A stretch of 64,000 bases of DNA from Nannocystales bacterium (GCA_050633305.1 JBOEGF010000009.1:62314-126313), one strand, 5' to 3'. Positions 19,558-29,470 are shown, counted from the stretch's first letter. The notes: generated by a model not told the origin, from the sequence alone. Translations and numbers: made by a program.

Positions 19558-20328
19558 TCACGGGTGGTGCTTCGCCGCGGCATGTCTCGCGAGGGCGTCG
19601 GCGGACGCGTCATCGAGCGGAAACAGCAACTCGAGCCGAAGCTCTTGCACGGTGATGTCGTGCGCCGCGGTGAGCTCTCCGACCAGCGAGAAGGTCTGCA
19701 CGGTGTCTTGTCCCAGCCGGAACGCAGGGCAGATGGCGTGCGAGAGGGGAGGGCGCGTACCGAGGTTCGCATCGGCGTGGGCGGAGAGCTCCTGCAGCCG
19801 AGCATCGAAGGGGGCGGCTCGGGCATCGCGGCGCAGCCGCCCCGCAACCGCGGCTGCGACCGTATCCCAGTTGACGATCCGCTCGCGCAGCGGACCCCCG
19901 TCGACGAGTGTGCGTGCGAGGTTGTGGCCGACCGCATCGCCCAGCAAGACTCGCCCGGCGGTGTTGAGCCGGACGATGTCCCACCACCCGTTGACCAGCA
20001 GACCAGGGTAGGGGTCGTGGGCATCGAGGGTCCGCTCCAGGGCGGCGACGAACGGAGCGGTCGTGCCGGAACCCATTGGGGTCTCCTCGAACGCCGCGGG
20101 TAGGCCTGCGAGCAGGAGCAGGGCGTTTTGGTCGCGCAACGGTACGTCGAGCGCGACCCCCAATCGCTGCACCGTCTCGGAGCGGGGCCGTGCACGCCCG
20201 TTCTCCAAGAAAGAGATGTGTCTCTGGGAGATGTCCGTTCGCAGGGCGAGCTGCAGCTGACTCATTCGGCGGAGCGTTCTCCATTGCCGCAGTCGCTGAC
20301 CGAATGGGCTGGGCGCAGCGTCGACCAC
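19558..20328 (-). CDS. XRE-family HTH regulator with MmyB-like ligand-binding domain
   Basis: FGQRLRQWRTLRRMSQLQLA..SQRHISFLENGRARP; HDPYPG; ELRLELLFPLD. Confidence 0.9.
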   Translation of the reverse strand: MVDAAPSPFGQRLRQWRTLRRMSQLQLALRTDISQRHISFLENGRARPRSETVQRLGVALDVPLRDQNALLLLAGLPAAFEETPMGSGTTAPFVAALERTLDAHDPYPGLLVNGWWDIVRLNTAGRVLLGDAVGHNLARTLVDGGPLRERIVNWDTVAAAVAGRLRRDARAAPFDARLQELSAHADANLGTRPPLSHAICPAFRLGQDTVQTFSLVGELTAAHDITVQELRLELLFPLDDASADALARHAAAKHHP

Positions 20329-20425
20329 GAGCCGATCGTAGCAGCCCACGATCGCCCCGCCCCAACGGCGTTCGATGACGTGAAAGGGAATCGCCAGGCT
20401 CGCGGTGCCTGCGTAGCTTGCGTGC

Positions 20426-20809
20426 ATGTCGACCCAGCGACTCCTCGTGTCCACGGCAGCGGTAGCGCTGTGTATTGGAAGCTTTGCGCTGCTATTCCCG
20501 GCGCTGCTGCTCGCGGGCAAAGGCGTGATGCCTGTCGAGCCGGGCGCGGTCGCGATGACCCGGACCGTCGGTGTCGCGCTGATCGGGGTCGCGGTGCTGG
20601 ACCTCGCCGTGTCTTCGCTTCCCCCCTCGGCCGTGCTGCGCCGGGTCCTGCTGGCGAACGCTGCGTTTCAGCTCGGGCTGCTCCCGCTGGACCCTTGGGC
20701 CTGCGCAACAGGCGCGTTCCATGGCCTCGCATCGTTCCTCCCCAACAGCATCCTGCACGTCGTCCTGGCTGCGATGTTCTTCCGAGCCTGGCGAGGCATG
20801 CCGCGGTGA
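20426..20809 (+). CDS. Hypothetical 4-TM membrane protein, divergent from the XRE regulator
   Basis: Four hydrophobic segments; TAGCTT 6 nt before ATG. Confidence 0.7.
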   Translation: MSTQRLLVSTAAVALCIGSFALLFPALLLAGKGVMPVEPGAVAMTRTVGVALIGVAVLDLAVSSLPPSAVLRRVLLANAAFQLGLLPLDPWACATGAFHGLASFLPNSILHVVLAAMFFRAWRGMPR

Positions 20810-20872
20810 GCCGTGCCTTGCCTCACCGCGCCCCGACGTTCGGCTCTGACCGCCCCGGGCTAAGGTGCGCGC

Positions 20873-22387
20873 GTGGCAAGCACCGAGATTCAGAACATCT
20901 TCGCCGAGCTTGGTCTGACCCCGCCCGCGGACGTCGGCGAGGGTGGACTCGTCATCCAAGACCCAAGCAACGGGCAGACGTTGGCCCGCCTGGCCACGCA
21001 CGATGAGGACGCCGCCTTGGCGATGGTCGGCAAAGCCCAGGCTGCCTTCAAGAAACTGCGAAACATGCCGGGTCCCAAGCGGGGGGAGCTCGTCCGTCAG
21101 ATGGGCGAGATGCTTCGCACGCACAAAGAGGGGCTGTCCAAGCTCGTCTGCGCCGAGGTCGGCAAAGGCATCGAGGAGGCTCGCGGCGAAGTCCAGGAGA
21201 TGATCGACATCTGCGACTTCGCCACCGGGCTCTCCCGTACGCTCGGCGGCCGCACGCTCATGTCCGAGCGCGACGGTCACCGCATGATGGAGTTGTGGCA
21301 GCCGCTGGGCGTCGTGTTGTGCATCAGCGCGTTCAACTTCCCGGTGGCCGTGTGGTCCTGGAACGCTGCGATCGCGTTCGTGTGTGGTGATTCGGTGGTC
21401 TGGAAGCCCAGCCCCAAGGCGGCGCTGTGCGGCATCGCAGTGCACGAGTTGCTCAAGCCCGTGCTCGAGAAGGCCGGTCATGGCGACGCGATGCAGCTTG
21501 TCCTCGAACGTGACGTCAAGGTCGCCGAAGCTCTCGTCGACGACGCTCGAATTCCTTTGGTGAGCGCGACCGGATCATGCGCGATGGGCCGCAAGGTCTA
21601 CCCCCGCGTGGCGTCGCGATTGGCCCGTTGTCTGCTCGAACTCGGTGGCAACAACGCGATCATCGTCGACAAGAGCGCCAACCTCGACTTGGCTGCCCAT
21701 GCGATCGCGTTCGGTGCGGCTGGCACCGCGGGTCAACGCTGCACCTCGACCCGTCGGGTGTTCGTCGAGGCTGCCGTCGCCGACGCGTTGATGGCGAAGC
21801 TGGAGCCCGCGTACCGTCAGCTCAGCGAGCGCATCGGTGACCCGCGAGACTCCGCCAACCTCATCGGCCCCCTCATCGACGAGGCCGCCGTGCAAGCCTT
21901 CTCCTCCGCCGTCGAGCGGGCCGCAGCCGCAGGTGGCGACGTTCGGGTCGGTGGAAAAGCGCTGGAGCAGGACGGCAACTTCGTGCAGCCGACGCTGGTC
22001 CGCGTCCCCGACGGCAAGCCGTTCCCGCTGATGGCCGAAGAGACCTTCGCCCCCATCCTCTACGTCCAAGCCTTCCCCGACGGCAACCTCGATGAAGCGA
22101 TCGCCTCGCAGAACTCGGTCGAGCAGGGACTCTCCAGCGCGCTCTTCACGGACAGCGTTCGCGCGGTGGAGCGGTTCTACAGCCCCGACGGAAGCGACTG
22201 CGGCATCGCGAACGTGAACCTCGGTACGTCCGGTGCAGAGATCGGCGGAGCGTTCGGTGGCGAGAAGGAAACCGGCGGCGGACGAGAGGCTGGCAGCGAC
22301 GCCTGGAAGTCCTACATGCGTCGCCAGACCTGCACGATCAACGGAAGTGACGCTCTGCCCCTCGCGCAGGGCATCAAGTGGGAGTAG
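20873..22387 (+). CDS. Aldehyde dehydrogenase family 7 (piperideine-6-carboxylate/antiquitin-like)
   Basis: GEVQEMIDICDFA, SAFNFPVAVWSWN, LELGGNN, GQRCT, GAEIGGAFGGEKETGGGRE.GSDAWK. Confidence 0.93.
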   Translation: MASTEIQNIFAELGLTPPADVGEGGLVIQDPSNGQTLARLATHDEDAALAMVGKAQAAFKKLRNMPGPKRGELVRQMGEMLRTHKEGLSKLVCAEVGKGIEEARGEVQEMIDICDFATGLSRTLGGRTLMSERDGHRMMELWQPLGVVLCISAFNFPVAVWSWNAAIAFVCGDSVVWKPSPKAALCGIAVHELLKPVLEKAGHGDAMQLVLERDVKVAEALVDDARIPLVSATGSCAMGRKVYPRVASRLARCLLELGGNNAIIVDKSANLDLAAHAIAFGAAGTAGQRCTSTRRVFVEAAVADALMAKLEPAYRQLSERIGDPRDSANLIGPLIDEAAVQAFSSAVERAAAAGGDVRVGGKALEQDGNFVQPTLVRVPDGKPFPLMAEETFAPILYVQAFPDGNLDEAIASQNSVEQGLSSALFTDSVRAVERFYSPDGSDCGIANVNLGTSGAEIGGAFGGEKETGGGREAGSDAWKSYMRRQTCTINGSDALPLAQGIKWE

Positions 22388-22411
22388 TGCCTTTCGCCTG
22401 ATCGCGGGCCG

Positions 22412-22449
22412 CAAAACCGACTCTCGAGCCGTTCGAGGGTCGGTTTTTG
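22412..22449 (+). terminator. Rho-independent terminator (possibly bidirectional)
   Basis: AAAACCGACTCTCGA-loop-TCGAGGGTCGGTTTTT. Confidence 0.8.
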
Positions 22450-22602
22450 TGTGCAGTGGTTTCGCGGTTGCGTGCAGCGGGTGACACCCGTAGCTTGAAG
22501 GCGAGGGGTGCCGGCGCCGGGAACGGCGTCACTGCAGCCTCGATCTCGCGGCTCCCTGGGAAGGGGGCGGCACACGCCCTTGACGGGGCGAGAAGGAGCC
22601 AC

Positions 22603-23151
22603 GTGACCATCAACGAAGAACTCTACCGCCTGGGCAACTCCGCGCGTCGTCTCAACGACGGCTCGGACCAACTCAACCGAAGCATCGCTGCCATCGATAG
22701 CCTTCTGGGCCGTCTGATGATCGGCCTCGACTACGTGCATCCGCGTCCGCTCTCCGAGCACACGACGTACGACGCCACGGGCAAGCGGGTCATCGAGATC
22801 TCGTACCTGGCGTACCTCAAGCTCAAGGGTGGCTATCGGCTGGCGCTCAAGACCGTGAAGGTCCTCGAGTCGCGCTCCGCCGCGGCTGGACAGATCCCAG
22901 GCGACCTCATCACCTTGCTGGAGGCGCCCCGGAGGCTTCGCTACCGTGCCATCGAGCAACTTCCAGAGCTGGTGATGGGTCTGGCCGAGCAGGTCGAGGA
23001 CATGCTCGGGGCGATGGAGCGTCGGGTGGGCATTGCGAACTCGCTGGTCGCGAACCTCGAGCAGATCGCAGGGCCGACCGACATGAATGAGACCCATCGG
23101 GCCGCCGAGTCTGCGACGTCACACCGTCGTCAGACCTTGCCCGCGCTCTAG
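22603..23151 (+). CDS. Hypothetical cytoplasmic protein
   Basis: AAGGAG RBS before GTG 22603; GC3-biased codons; no recognised family. Confidence 0.75.
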   Translation: MTINEELYRLGNSARRLNDGSDQLNRSIAAIDSLLGRLMIGLDYVHPRPLSEHTTYDATGKRVIEISYLAYLKLKGGYRLALKTVKVLESRSAAAGQIPGDLITLLEAPRRLRYRAIEQLPELVMGLAEQVEDMLGAMERRVGIANSLVANLEQIAGPTDMNETHRAAESATSHRRQTLPAL

Positions 23152-23186
23152 CCCGGAGCCGTATCCCGCGCTTCGCTGATGCTGCG

Positions 23187-25757
23187 ATGATGCTGCCGAC
23201 CTCGCCTGCGGGCGGTCTGAGTGCTCGTCTCAGTGCGTGCCTCGACGCGCTGCCGCGCTATCGCGTCGAGCGGACGCTGCCCGCACATGTTGGGGTTTCG
23301 GTCGAAGCCCACGACACGCGGCTCAACCGACGCGTGTTGCTCCGGATCTACGGACCCGAGAACAACCCGGACCGAGCGCTCGCGGGCGCGCAGGCGGCCA
23401 GCCAAGTTCGCCACCCGGCAGTGGTCTCGGTCCACGATGCTGGGATCCTAGGCGAGGACGGCGACCGTTCGGTCTACGTCGCGGTGGAGCACTTGGCTCC
23501 GTCTCGAAGCCTCCGAGCTTGGCTAAGCAACGCGCCCGCACGCGTGGAAGTCTCCGAGACCTTCGACACGCTTGCCCAGGGCCTCCATGCGGCGCACGAG
23601 GCGGGGGTTGTTCATGGCGGACTGGACGGAACCGCCGCTCGCGTTCGGTCCGACGGGCGGGCTGTTCTGATCGAGTTCAGGGGCAGTGGCGTGACGCGGG
23701 CGGACGACCTTCGAGCCCTGGCGCGATTGTGGCTACGGGCGACGGCGCGCTGGCGAAACGCGCGTCGCGAGGCTGTGCTGAGGCGAGCGGTGGATCCGCG
23801 TCAGCGCGATCCGTTCGCGTCGGTCGAGGCGTTTCGGCGTGCCATGTTCGACGCTGGGCGCTCGCGTGCGGGGGCGGTGGCCGTCGGTTTGGCAGTGTCG
23901 GGGGCGGTGGCTGGGGTGGGGGGCTGGTGGTGGGCTGCGGCCGAGCCTCCGCCGACCCCATGCCCGCAGCGTGTGGCATCGGAGGCCGTCGCGGTTTGGT
24001 CCCCGAGACGAGCCGAGGCGGTTCGCGCAGGGTTGAGCGCCGCTACAGGGCCCCAGGCGGCGGAGACCGCTGACCGGTTACTTCCGCGGATCGACGCGTA
24101 CATGGAGCGGTGGCGTGAGGGGGCGGACGCACTGTGTGTCGCCGAAGCGCAGCCGCCTCGGGCTGCTTGTTACGCCGAAGCGCTCTCCGAGCTCGACAGC
24201 CTCTTGTCGTTGTTCGAGGTGAGTGACCCCGAGGGTGTTGCGGTCGCGCCCAGCGCGGTGACCCGGCTGCCCGACCTTGGCGCATGCGATCGCCAACGGG
24301 GAACTGGCGACCCCCAGGCGACCGACTTGTCTCGGGAGTTTGGCCGGCTTCTCGCGCTCGAGCGTATCGGAGCCGACGACGAGTCGTACAAGGCCGCGAC
24401 CGAACTGTTGGCCAGCACGCCGGGCCTCACGGACTCCCAACGAGCGCGGCTGCATCGTTTTCGGGCGGTCGCGTTGTTCGAGCAGCGTGCCTTCGAGTCG
24501 GCGGTGGACGAGGCCAAAGACACCTACGCCATCGCGCGCAAGGCCGGCGCGATCCGGGAGCAGGTTCAGGCCGCCTCGTTGTTGGTCAGTATCGAGGGCA
24601 ACGAGCGGCGCAACCAAGCGCAAGCCAGCGCTTGGCTCGAGCGGGCCCGGGAGGCAGCCGAGACCCCGGGGGCGGACCCGCTGCTGGTCGCGATCGTCGA
24701 CAAGGCCGAGGCAAACTACGCCTACGGTGTTGGGGACTACATCCGGGCCTTGGAGCTCATCGAGCGTTGCATCGCGACGCGGTCTCGGGTCCAGGGGCCC
24801 GAGCATCCGATGACGTGGAGCAGCCGCAACAATCGGGCGGCGATCCTCCGCACGCTCGGGCGTGGCGACGAAGCGAACACCGAGGTGCGCATGCTCTTGG
24901 AGCATCAGGTTCAGACCTACGGGACGATGAATGCCACCGTGGCTCGCTCCTACAACAACCTGGGGTCGGGTTTGTCGGAGTTGGGGCGGTACAAAGAGTC
25001 GGTCGAGGCGCTCGAGCGGGCGGTGGAGATCTGGCGCGCCACCAAGGGCCCACGCTACGCCGACCTGGGGATGGCATTCACAAACCTGGGGCGGACCTAT
25101 GCCCAGCTGGGACAGTACGAGCTTGCGCTGGAGAGTCTGCACTCGGCGATCGATGTGTGGACCGATGCCTTCGGGCCCGACGACTACCGGCTGGGTATCG
25201 CTCGCAACAACCTGTCCGCCACCTACACGATCATGGATCGGCACGGCGACGCCGCGGAGCAGGGCGAAGAAGCCTACCGTATCCAGGTGGCGCGCAATGG
25301 GCCCGACCACCCGGACAACGTCTATCCCACCACCAACCTCGCGCACTCGTACGCGAAACTGGGACGCTTTGCCGATGCTCGGAGGTGGGCGGATGAGGGC
25401 GTGCGAATCGTCCGCGGTCGTGAGGGCGAGCTGCCGATCGAGTTCTACAAGGCCGTGAGCATGTCCGCCGAGGTTCACCTCGAGGAGGCTCGGGCCACGC
25501 CGGAAGACGCTGAGCTGGTCGCGCAGGCGCTCTCGGGGATGCGAGAAGCCTGCGCGCTCTCCGTGTCAATGGAGGACGGGATCGACCCGGCGCACTGCTA
25601 CACGGTCCTTGCGGAGGCGCTCCTCGACTTTGGGGCGGACGATGCGGCAGCGGTCGCCACCCGGGCCATCTCGCTGATCGACGCCAGCGAGACGACGCGG
25701 CAGGGCTACGCCGATGCCCGCAAGCGGCTCGAGGCGCGTGTGCGACCTCCGCAGTAG
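23187..25757 (+). CDS. Degenerate Ser/Thr kinase (pseudokinase)-TM-TPR protein
   Basis: AHDTRLNRRVLLRI, HPAVVSVHDAG, GLHAAHEAGVVHGGL, TM helix, C-terminal TPRs (HP..SRNNRA, SYNNLG, AFTNLG). Confidence 0.85.
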   Translation: MMLPTSPAGGLSARLSACLDALPRYRVERTLPAHVGVSVEAHDTRLNRRVLLRIYGPENNPDRALAGAQAASQVRHPAVVSVHDAGILGEDGDRSVYVAVEHLAPSRSLRAWLSNAPARVEVSETFDTLAQGLHAAHEAGVVHGGLDGTAARVRSDGRAVLIEFRGSGVTRADDLRALARLWLRATARWRNARREAVLRRAVDPRQRDPFASVEAFRRAMFDAGRSRAGAVAVGLAVSGAVAGVGGWWWAAAEPPPTPCPQRVASEAVAVWSPRRAEAVRAGLSAATGPQAAETADRLLPRIDAYMERWREGADALCVAEAQPPRAACYAEALSELDSLLSLFEVSDPEGVAVAPSAVTRLPDLGACDRQRGTGDPQATDLSREFGRLLALERIGADDESYKAATELLASTPGLTDSQRARLHRFRAVALFEQRAFESAVDEAKDTYAIARKAGAIREQVQAASLLVSIEGNERRNQAQASAWLERAREAAETPGADPLLVAIVDKAEANYAYGVGDYIRALELIERCIATRSRVQGPEHPMTWSSRNNRAAILRTLGRGDEANTEVRMLLEHQVQTYGTMNATVARSYNNLGSGLSELGRYKESVEALERAVEIWRATKGPRYADLGMAFTNLGRTYAQLGQYELALESLHSAIDVWTDAFGPDDYRLGIARNNLSATYTIMDRHGDAAEQGEEAYRIQVARNGPDHPDNVYPTTNLAHSYAKLGRFADARRWADEGVRIVRGREGELPIEFYKAVSMSAEVHLEEARATPEDAELVAQALSGMREACALSVSMEDGIDPAHCYTVLAEALLDFGADDAAAVATRAISLIDASETTRQGYADARKRLEARVRPPQ

Positions 25758-25805
25758 TCGAATCGAAGCTCGAACCGGGGGGCGGCGTCGTGCTATGCCG
25801 CGAGT

Positions 25806-27845
25806 ATGGCCAAGCGTGTTCTCGTCACCGCAGCCCTGCCGTACGCCAACGGATCGATCCACCTCGGACACATGCTCGAGGCAGTGCAGACCGATGTCTA
25901 CGTGCGTGCCCGGAAACTCGCCGGAGACGACTGCCGATTCATGTGGGCGGACGACACCCACGGCACGCCGATTCAGGTCCGCGCTCGCAAGGAGGGCATC
26001 ACGCCCGAGGAGGTGATCGAGCGGGCCTATACCGAGCACCGGGCCGACTACGACGACTTCCAGATCGGTTTCGACGTGTTTCACAGCACGCACACCGAAG
26101 AGTCGAAGAAGCACGTCTACAAGATCTTCGAGGCGCTGGAGAAGAGCGGGAACATCGAGAAGCGGAGCATCGACCAGCTCTACTGTCCTCACGACGAGAT
26201 GTTCCTCCCGGACCGGTTCGTCAAGGGCATCTGCCCCAAGTGCAAGAGCACGGACCAGTACGGCGACAACTGCGAGGTCTGCGGGACCACCTACAACCCG
26301 ACCGACCTTGGCGAGCCCCACTGCTCGGTGTGCGGGACCACGCCCGTGATGAAGGCAAGTGAGCACTTGTTCGTGGACCTCGGTCGCCACACCGACTTCT
26401 TGCGCACTTGGATTGAGTCGGGCGGGGTCGATGGCGGCACGCCGCTTCAACCCTCGCAGCGCAACTATGTGATGGAGTGGGTCGAAGGAGGCCTTCGCGA
26501 CTGGGACATCTCTCGCGATGCGCCGTACTTCGGTTGGGAGATTCCCGGCAACCCCGGCAAGTATTTCTACGTCTGGTTCGATGCGCCGATCGGCTACATC
26601 GGCGCGACTCAGAAGTGGTGCGACGACAACGGCGTCGACGTTGATGAGTACTGGGACGGGAAGAGTCGTGAAGACGTCGAAATCGTTCACGTCATCGGGA
26701 AAGACATCGTCTACTTCCACAGCCTGTTTTGGCCCGCGATGCTGAACGCGGCCGGCTACACGACACCGTCGCAGGTGCAGGTGCACGGCTGGCTCACCGT
26801 GGGCGGCGAAAAGATGTCGAAGACTCGCGGCACGTTCATCTTGGCCCGCACCTACCTCGAGCATTTGCCCAGCGACTACATGCGCTACTACCTGGCGGCG
26901 AAGGTCGGCGCGTCCGTCGAGGACATCGACCTGTCGTTCGAGGACTTCGTCAACCGCTGCAACGCCGAGTTGGTCAAGAAGGCCGCCAACCTCTGCAGCC
27001 GCAGTATGAAGTTCGTGTTCGGCCGCCTCGGCGGGACCCTGGGCGAGCTTCCCGCCGACACCGCCGAGATCGTCGCCACGGCGCAGGAGCGCTTGCAGAA
27101 AGCTCGGGGGCACTTCCTGGCCTTCGAGTCCCCCAAGGCGGTGCGGCTGGCGATGGAGGTTGCGGAGGACTTCAACCTCTACCTCACCGAGAAGGAGCCC
27201 TGGAAGCTGGCCAAGTCGGACCCCGAAGCGGCGCGAGGCATCTGCTCGGCTGGCATTTACGCCTCGCAGGTCATCGCGACGATTCTGGCTCCGATCCTGC
27301 CCATCTGGGCCGAGAAGATGCAGCGCATGCTCAAGCTCGACGCGCCGCTGAACTTCGAGACCGGCGGGACACCGCTTTCCGGCGGGCACGCGGTCGCGGA
27401 GTACGAGACCCTCGCGGAGCCGATCGACGCCAAGGCGATCGAGGCCATCGTCGAGGCCAGCAAGGAAGACGCCGCGCCCAAGCGGACCTTCGACTACGAG
27501 GTCGAAGAACTCGCAGAGCAGACCAAGATCGATGCATTCGATGCGGTCGACCTGCGGGTGGGCAAGGTGCTCGCGTGCGACAAGGTGGAGAAGGCCGACA
27601 AGCTGCTGCAGCTGACGATCGACCTGGGGCCGCTGGGCATGCGCAACATCTTCAGCGGTATCGCCAAGAGCTACGCTCCCGAAGACCTGGTCGGCAAACA
27701 CGTCGCGGTGTTCGCCAACCTCAAGCCTCGCAAGATGCGGTTCGGAATGAGTGAGGGCATGGTCTTGGCCTCGGGTGCGTCAGACGATGGCGTGACCGTG
27801 CTCGAGCTCGACCCGAGCTCCAAGCCCGGCGAGAAGATCACGTGA
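25806..27845 (+). CDS. metG: Methionine-tRNA ligase with C-terminal tRNA-binding domain
   Basis: ALPYANGSIHLGH, Zn knuckle CPKC/CEVC, YVWFDAPIGY, KMSKT, C-terminal DLRVGKV..NLKPRKMRFG. Confidence 0.98.
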   Translation: MAKRVLVTAALPYANGSIHLGHMLEAVQTDVYVRARKLAGDDCRFMWADDTHGTPIQVRARKEGITPEEVIERAYTEHRADYDDFQIGFDVFHSTHTEESKKHVYKIFEALEKSGNIEKRSIDQLYCPHDEMFLPDRFVKGICPKCKSTDQYGDNCEVCGTTYNPTDLGEPHCSVCGTTPVMKASEHLFVDLGRHTDFLRTWIESGGVDGGTPLQPSQRNYVMEWVEGGLRDWDISRDAPYFGWEIPGNPGKYFYVWFDAPIGYIGATQKWCDDNGVDVDEYWDGKSREDVEIVHVIGKDIVYFHSLFWPAMLNAAGYTTPSQVQVHGWLTVGGEKMSKTRGTFILARTYLEHLPSDYMRYYLAAKVGASVEDIDLSFEDFVNRCNAELVKKAANLCSRSMKFVFGRLGGTLGELPADTAEIVATAQERLQKARGHFLAFESPKAVRLAMEVAEDFNLYLTEKEPWKLAKSDPEAARGICSAGIYASQVIATILAPILPIWAEKMQRMLKLDAPLNFETGGTPLSGGHAVAEYETLAEPIDAKAIEAIVEASKEDAAPKRTFDYEVEELAEQTKIDAFDAVDLRVGKVLACDKVEKADKLLQLTIDLGPLGMRNIFSGIAKSYAPEDLVGKHVAVFANLKPRKMRFGMSEGMVLASGASDDGVTVLELDPSSKPGEKIT

Positions 27846-28927
27846 AGAAGCCCGAGCACCAATGGGAGACCCGGCTGCACCTCGCCGTTCGGCTCCCCTC
27901 GGTGCCCGAGGCGTTCGCGGACCAACCCCGTGCGGAGGCGTTCGAGCTGCGGTTCCACGATGGTCGCCGCGGCCATGTGGTCTGCGGTCTGAACCGTCAG
28001 CAGGCGGATGACGTCGCCGCCACCGACCCCGACCTGGCCCATGCGGTTCGGTGCTGGCTGGTCGCCCGAGGGGCGCGGACCACCGCCCTTCGGGGCCCGC
28101 GGGGGGAACTCGATGCGGGCCCGATCGACGTGGCGAGCTTGGGCTCGGCGCCCACCCGCAGTGACCGGCTGATCACGCTTGCTCCCTCCAACGCCGAGGT
28201 GGTGCATGCGTTGGAGTGTTTTGACCGTGTGGTCGCATGCGAAGACTCATCCGACCATCCGCCGCGCACCCAAGAAATCCCGCGTCTGGGTCCCGACTTG
28301 GGCCCCGACCTGGACCGGGTGGCGGAGCTGGAGCCCGACCTGGTGGTCAGCTCGTTGTCGGTCCCGGGCATGGAGCGCATCGTGACCGGGCTGCGTGCAC
28401 GGGCTCTCCCACAGGTTGTCCTCGCGCCGCGTTCGCTCGGGGATGTGTGCGCCGATGTGCGGACAGTGGCGGCGCTGCTGGGTGTTCCCGAGGCGGGCGT
28501 CCGGGTCGTCGCGGACATCGACGCACAACGGGCTGCGTTGGAGGCCGACCGTTCGAGTGATCCGGTCCCCGTCTATCTGGAATGGTGGCCCAAGCCGATG
28601 TTCACGCCGGGCATCGACTGCTTCAGCAACGAGTTGATTGCGCTCGCGGGCGGTCGCAACGTCTTCGGAGACCGGCCCGGGTCGAGCCTGCAGATCGAGC
28701 CTGAAGAGCTGCTGAGCGCCAACCCCGGGGTTTGCTTCGTGTCCTGGTGTGGGGTGGCGGAAGCCAAGCTCGACCCGCAAAACCTGATCGGACGGCCCGG
28801 TCTCCAGTCCCTGTCCGCGGCACAGCAGGGGCATGTCTACGCGCTCGACGAACAGTTCAGCGGCCGTCCGGGCCCACGAATGCTTGAAGCTGCGCGCCGA
28901 ATGGCGACCAAGATCCGCGGCCTGTAG
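27842..28927 (+). CDS. BtuF-like helical-backbone (cobalamin/siderophore) binding protein with N-terminal extension
   Basis: RLITLAPSNAEVV, LEPDLVV, VYLEWWPKP, ELIALAGGRNVF, RPGPRM; GTGA overlap with metG. Confidence 0.8.
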   Translation: MKKPEHQWETRLHLAVRLPSVPEAFADQPRAEAFELRFHDGRRGHVVCGLNRQQADDVAATDPDLAHAVRCWLVARGARTTALRGPRGELDAGPIDVASLGSAPTRSDRLITLAPSNAEVVHALECFDRVVACEDSSDHPPRTQEIPRLGPDLGPDLDRVAELEPDLVVSSLSVPGMERIVTGLRARALPQVVLAPRSLGDVCADVRTVAALLGVPEAGVRVVADIDAQRAALEADRSSDPVPVYLEWWPKPMFTPGIDCFSNELIALAGGRNVFGDRPGSSLQIEPEELLSANPGVCFVSWCGVAEAKLDPQNLIGRPGLQSLSAAQQGHVYALDEQFSGRPGPRMLEAARRMATKIRGL

Positions 28928-29078
28928 GGCGGGGCGACTCGATCCGCACGCCATTTTTTTGCGTGCGAGATCCCGCTGTGTCTACTGTCGCAACACGCCG
29001 CTGGGACACCGATCCAAGCCATGCCCATGGGGGGCAGGCGGGTCGTGCGTGGTCACCAGAGGACCGGAGTGCATCGTC

Positions 29079-29396
29079 ATGGTCGTCGAATCGCTGAAGA
29101 GCTGGTTGCCCGAAACCCTGGAGAATGAGGCCAAAGACCTCTCCGAACAGCTTCGAAGCTTCAACGGTCACAGGACCGTTTGGCTCGATCGCGAAAACTG
29201 CATGTGGCACGCCGAGCCCGACGAGATGCTCGAGGAGATGGGTCACCGCTACGTCGGAACCTTCTTCCGCCCCGCGCAAGAGGACTTGTGTGACGCGCTG
29301 GCCAAGATGGTGCCGATGCGACCGGCCGTTCGTATGCGTCCAAACCGTCTGCCGGCCCCGGCTTTCGCTCGCGTGGGTGCTCTCGCACCCGCCTGA
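29079..29396 (+). CDS. Small hypothetical protein (105 aa)
   Basis: GGAG RBS before ATG 29079; followed by a terminator. Confidence 0.65.
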   Translation: MVVESLKSWLPETLENEAKDLSEQLRSFNGHRTVWLDRENCMWHAEPDEMLEEMGHRYVGTFFRPAQEDLCDALAKMVPMRPAVRMRPNRLPAPAFARVGALAPA

Positions 29397-29416
29397 ACCC
29401 GTCCTTCACATCCAAG

Positions 29417-29455
29417 AAAAGCGCGGTCGCTGCCCCCTTGCAGCGCCGCGCTTTT
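29417..29455. terminator. Bidirectional terminator between convergent genes
   Basis: AAAAGCGCGG(T)CGCTGC-loop-GCAGCGCCGCGCTTTT. Confidence 0.8.
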
Positions 29456-29470
29456 GCAATGTGCCAACGC

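Noticed and set aside
27700..27900. Cobalamin riboswitch for the BtuF-like gene
   Set aside because: No intergenic space (the gene overlaps metG) and no B12-box consensus.
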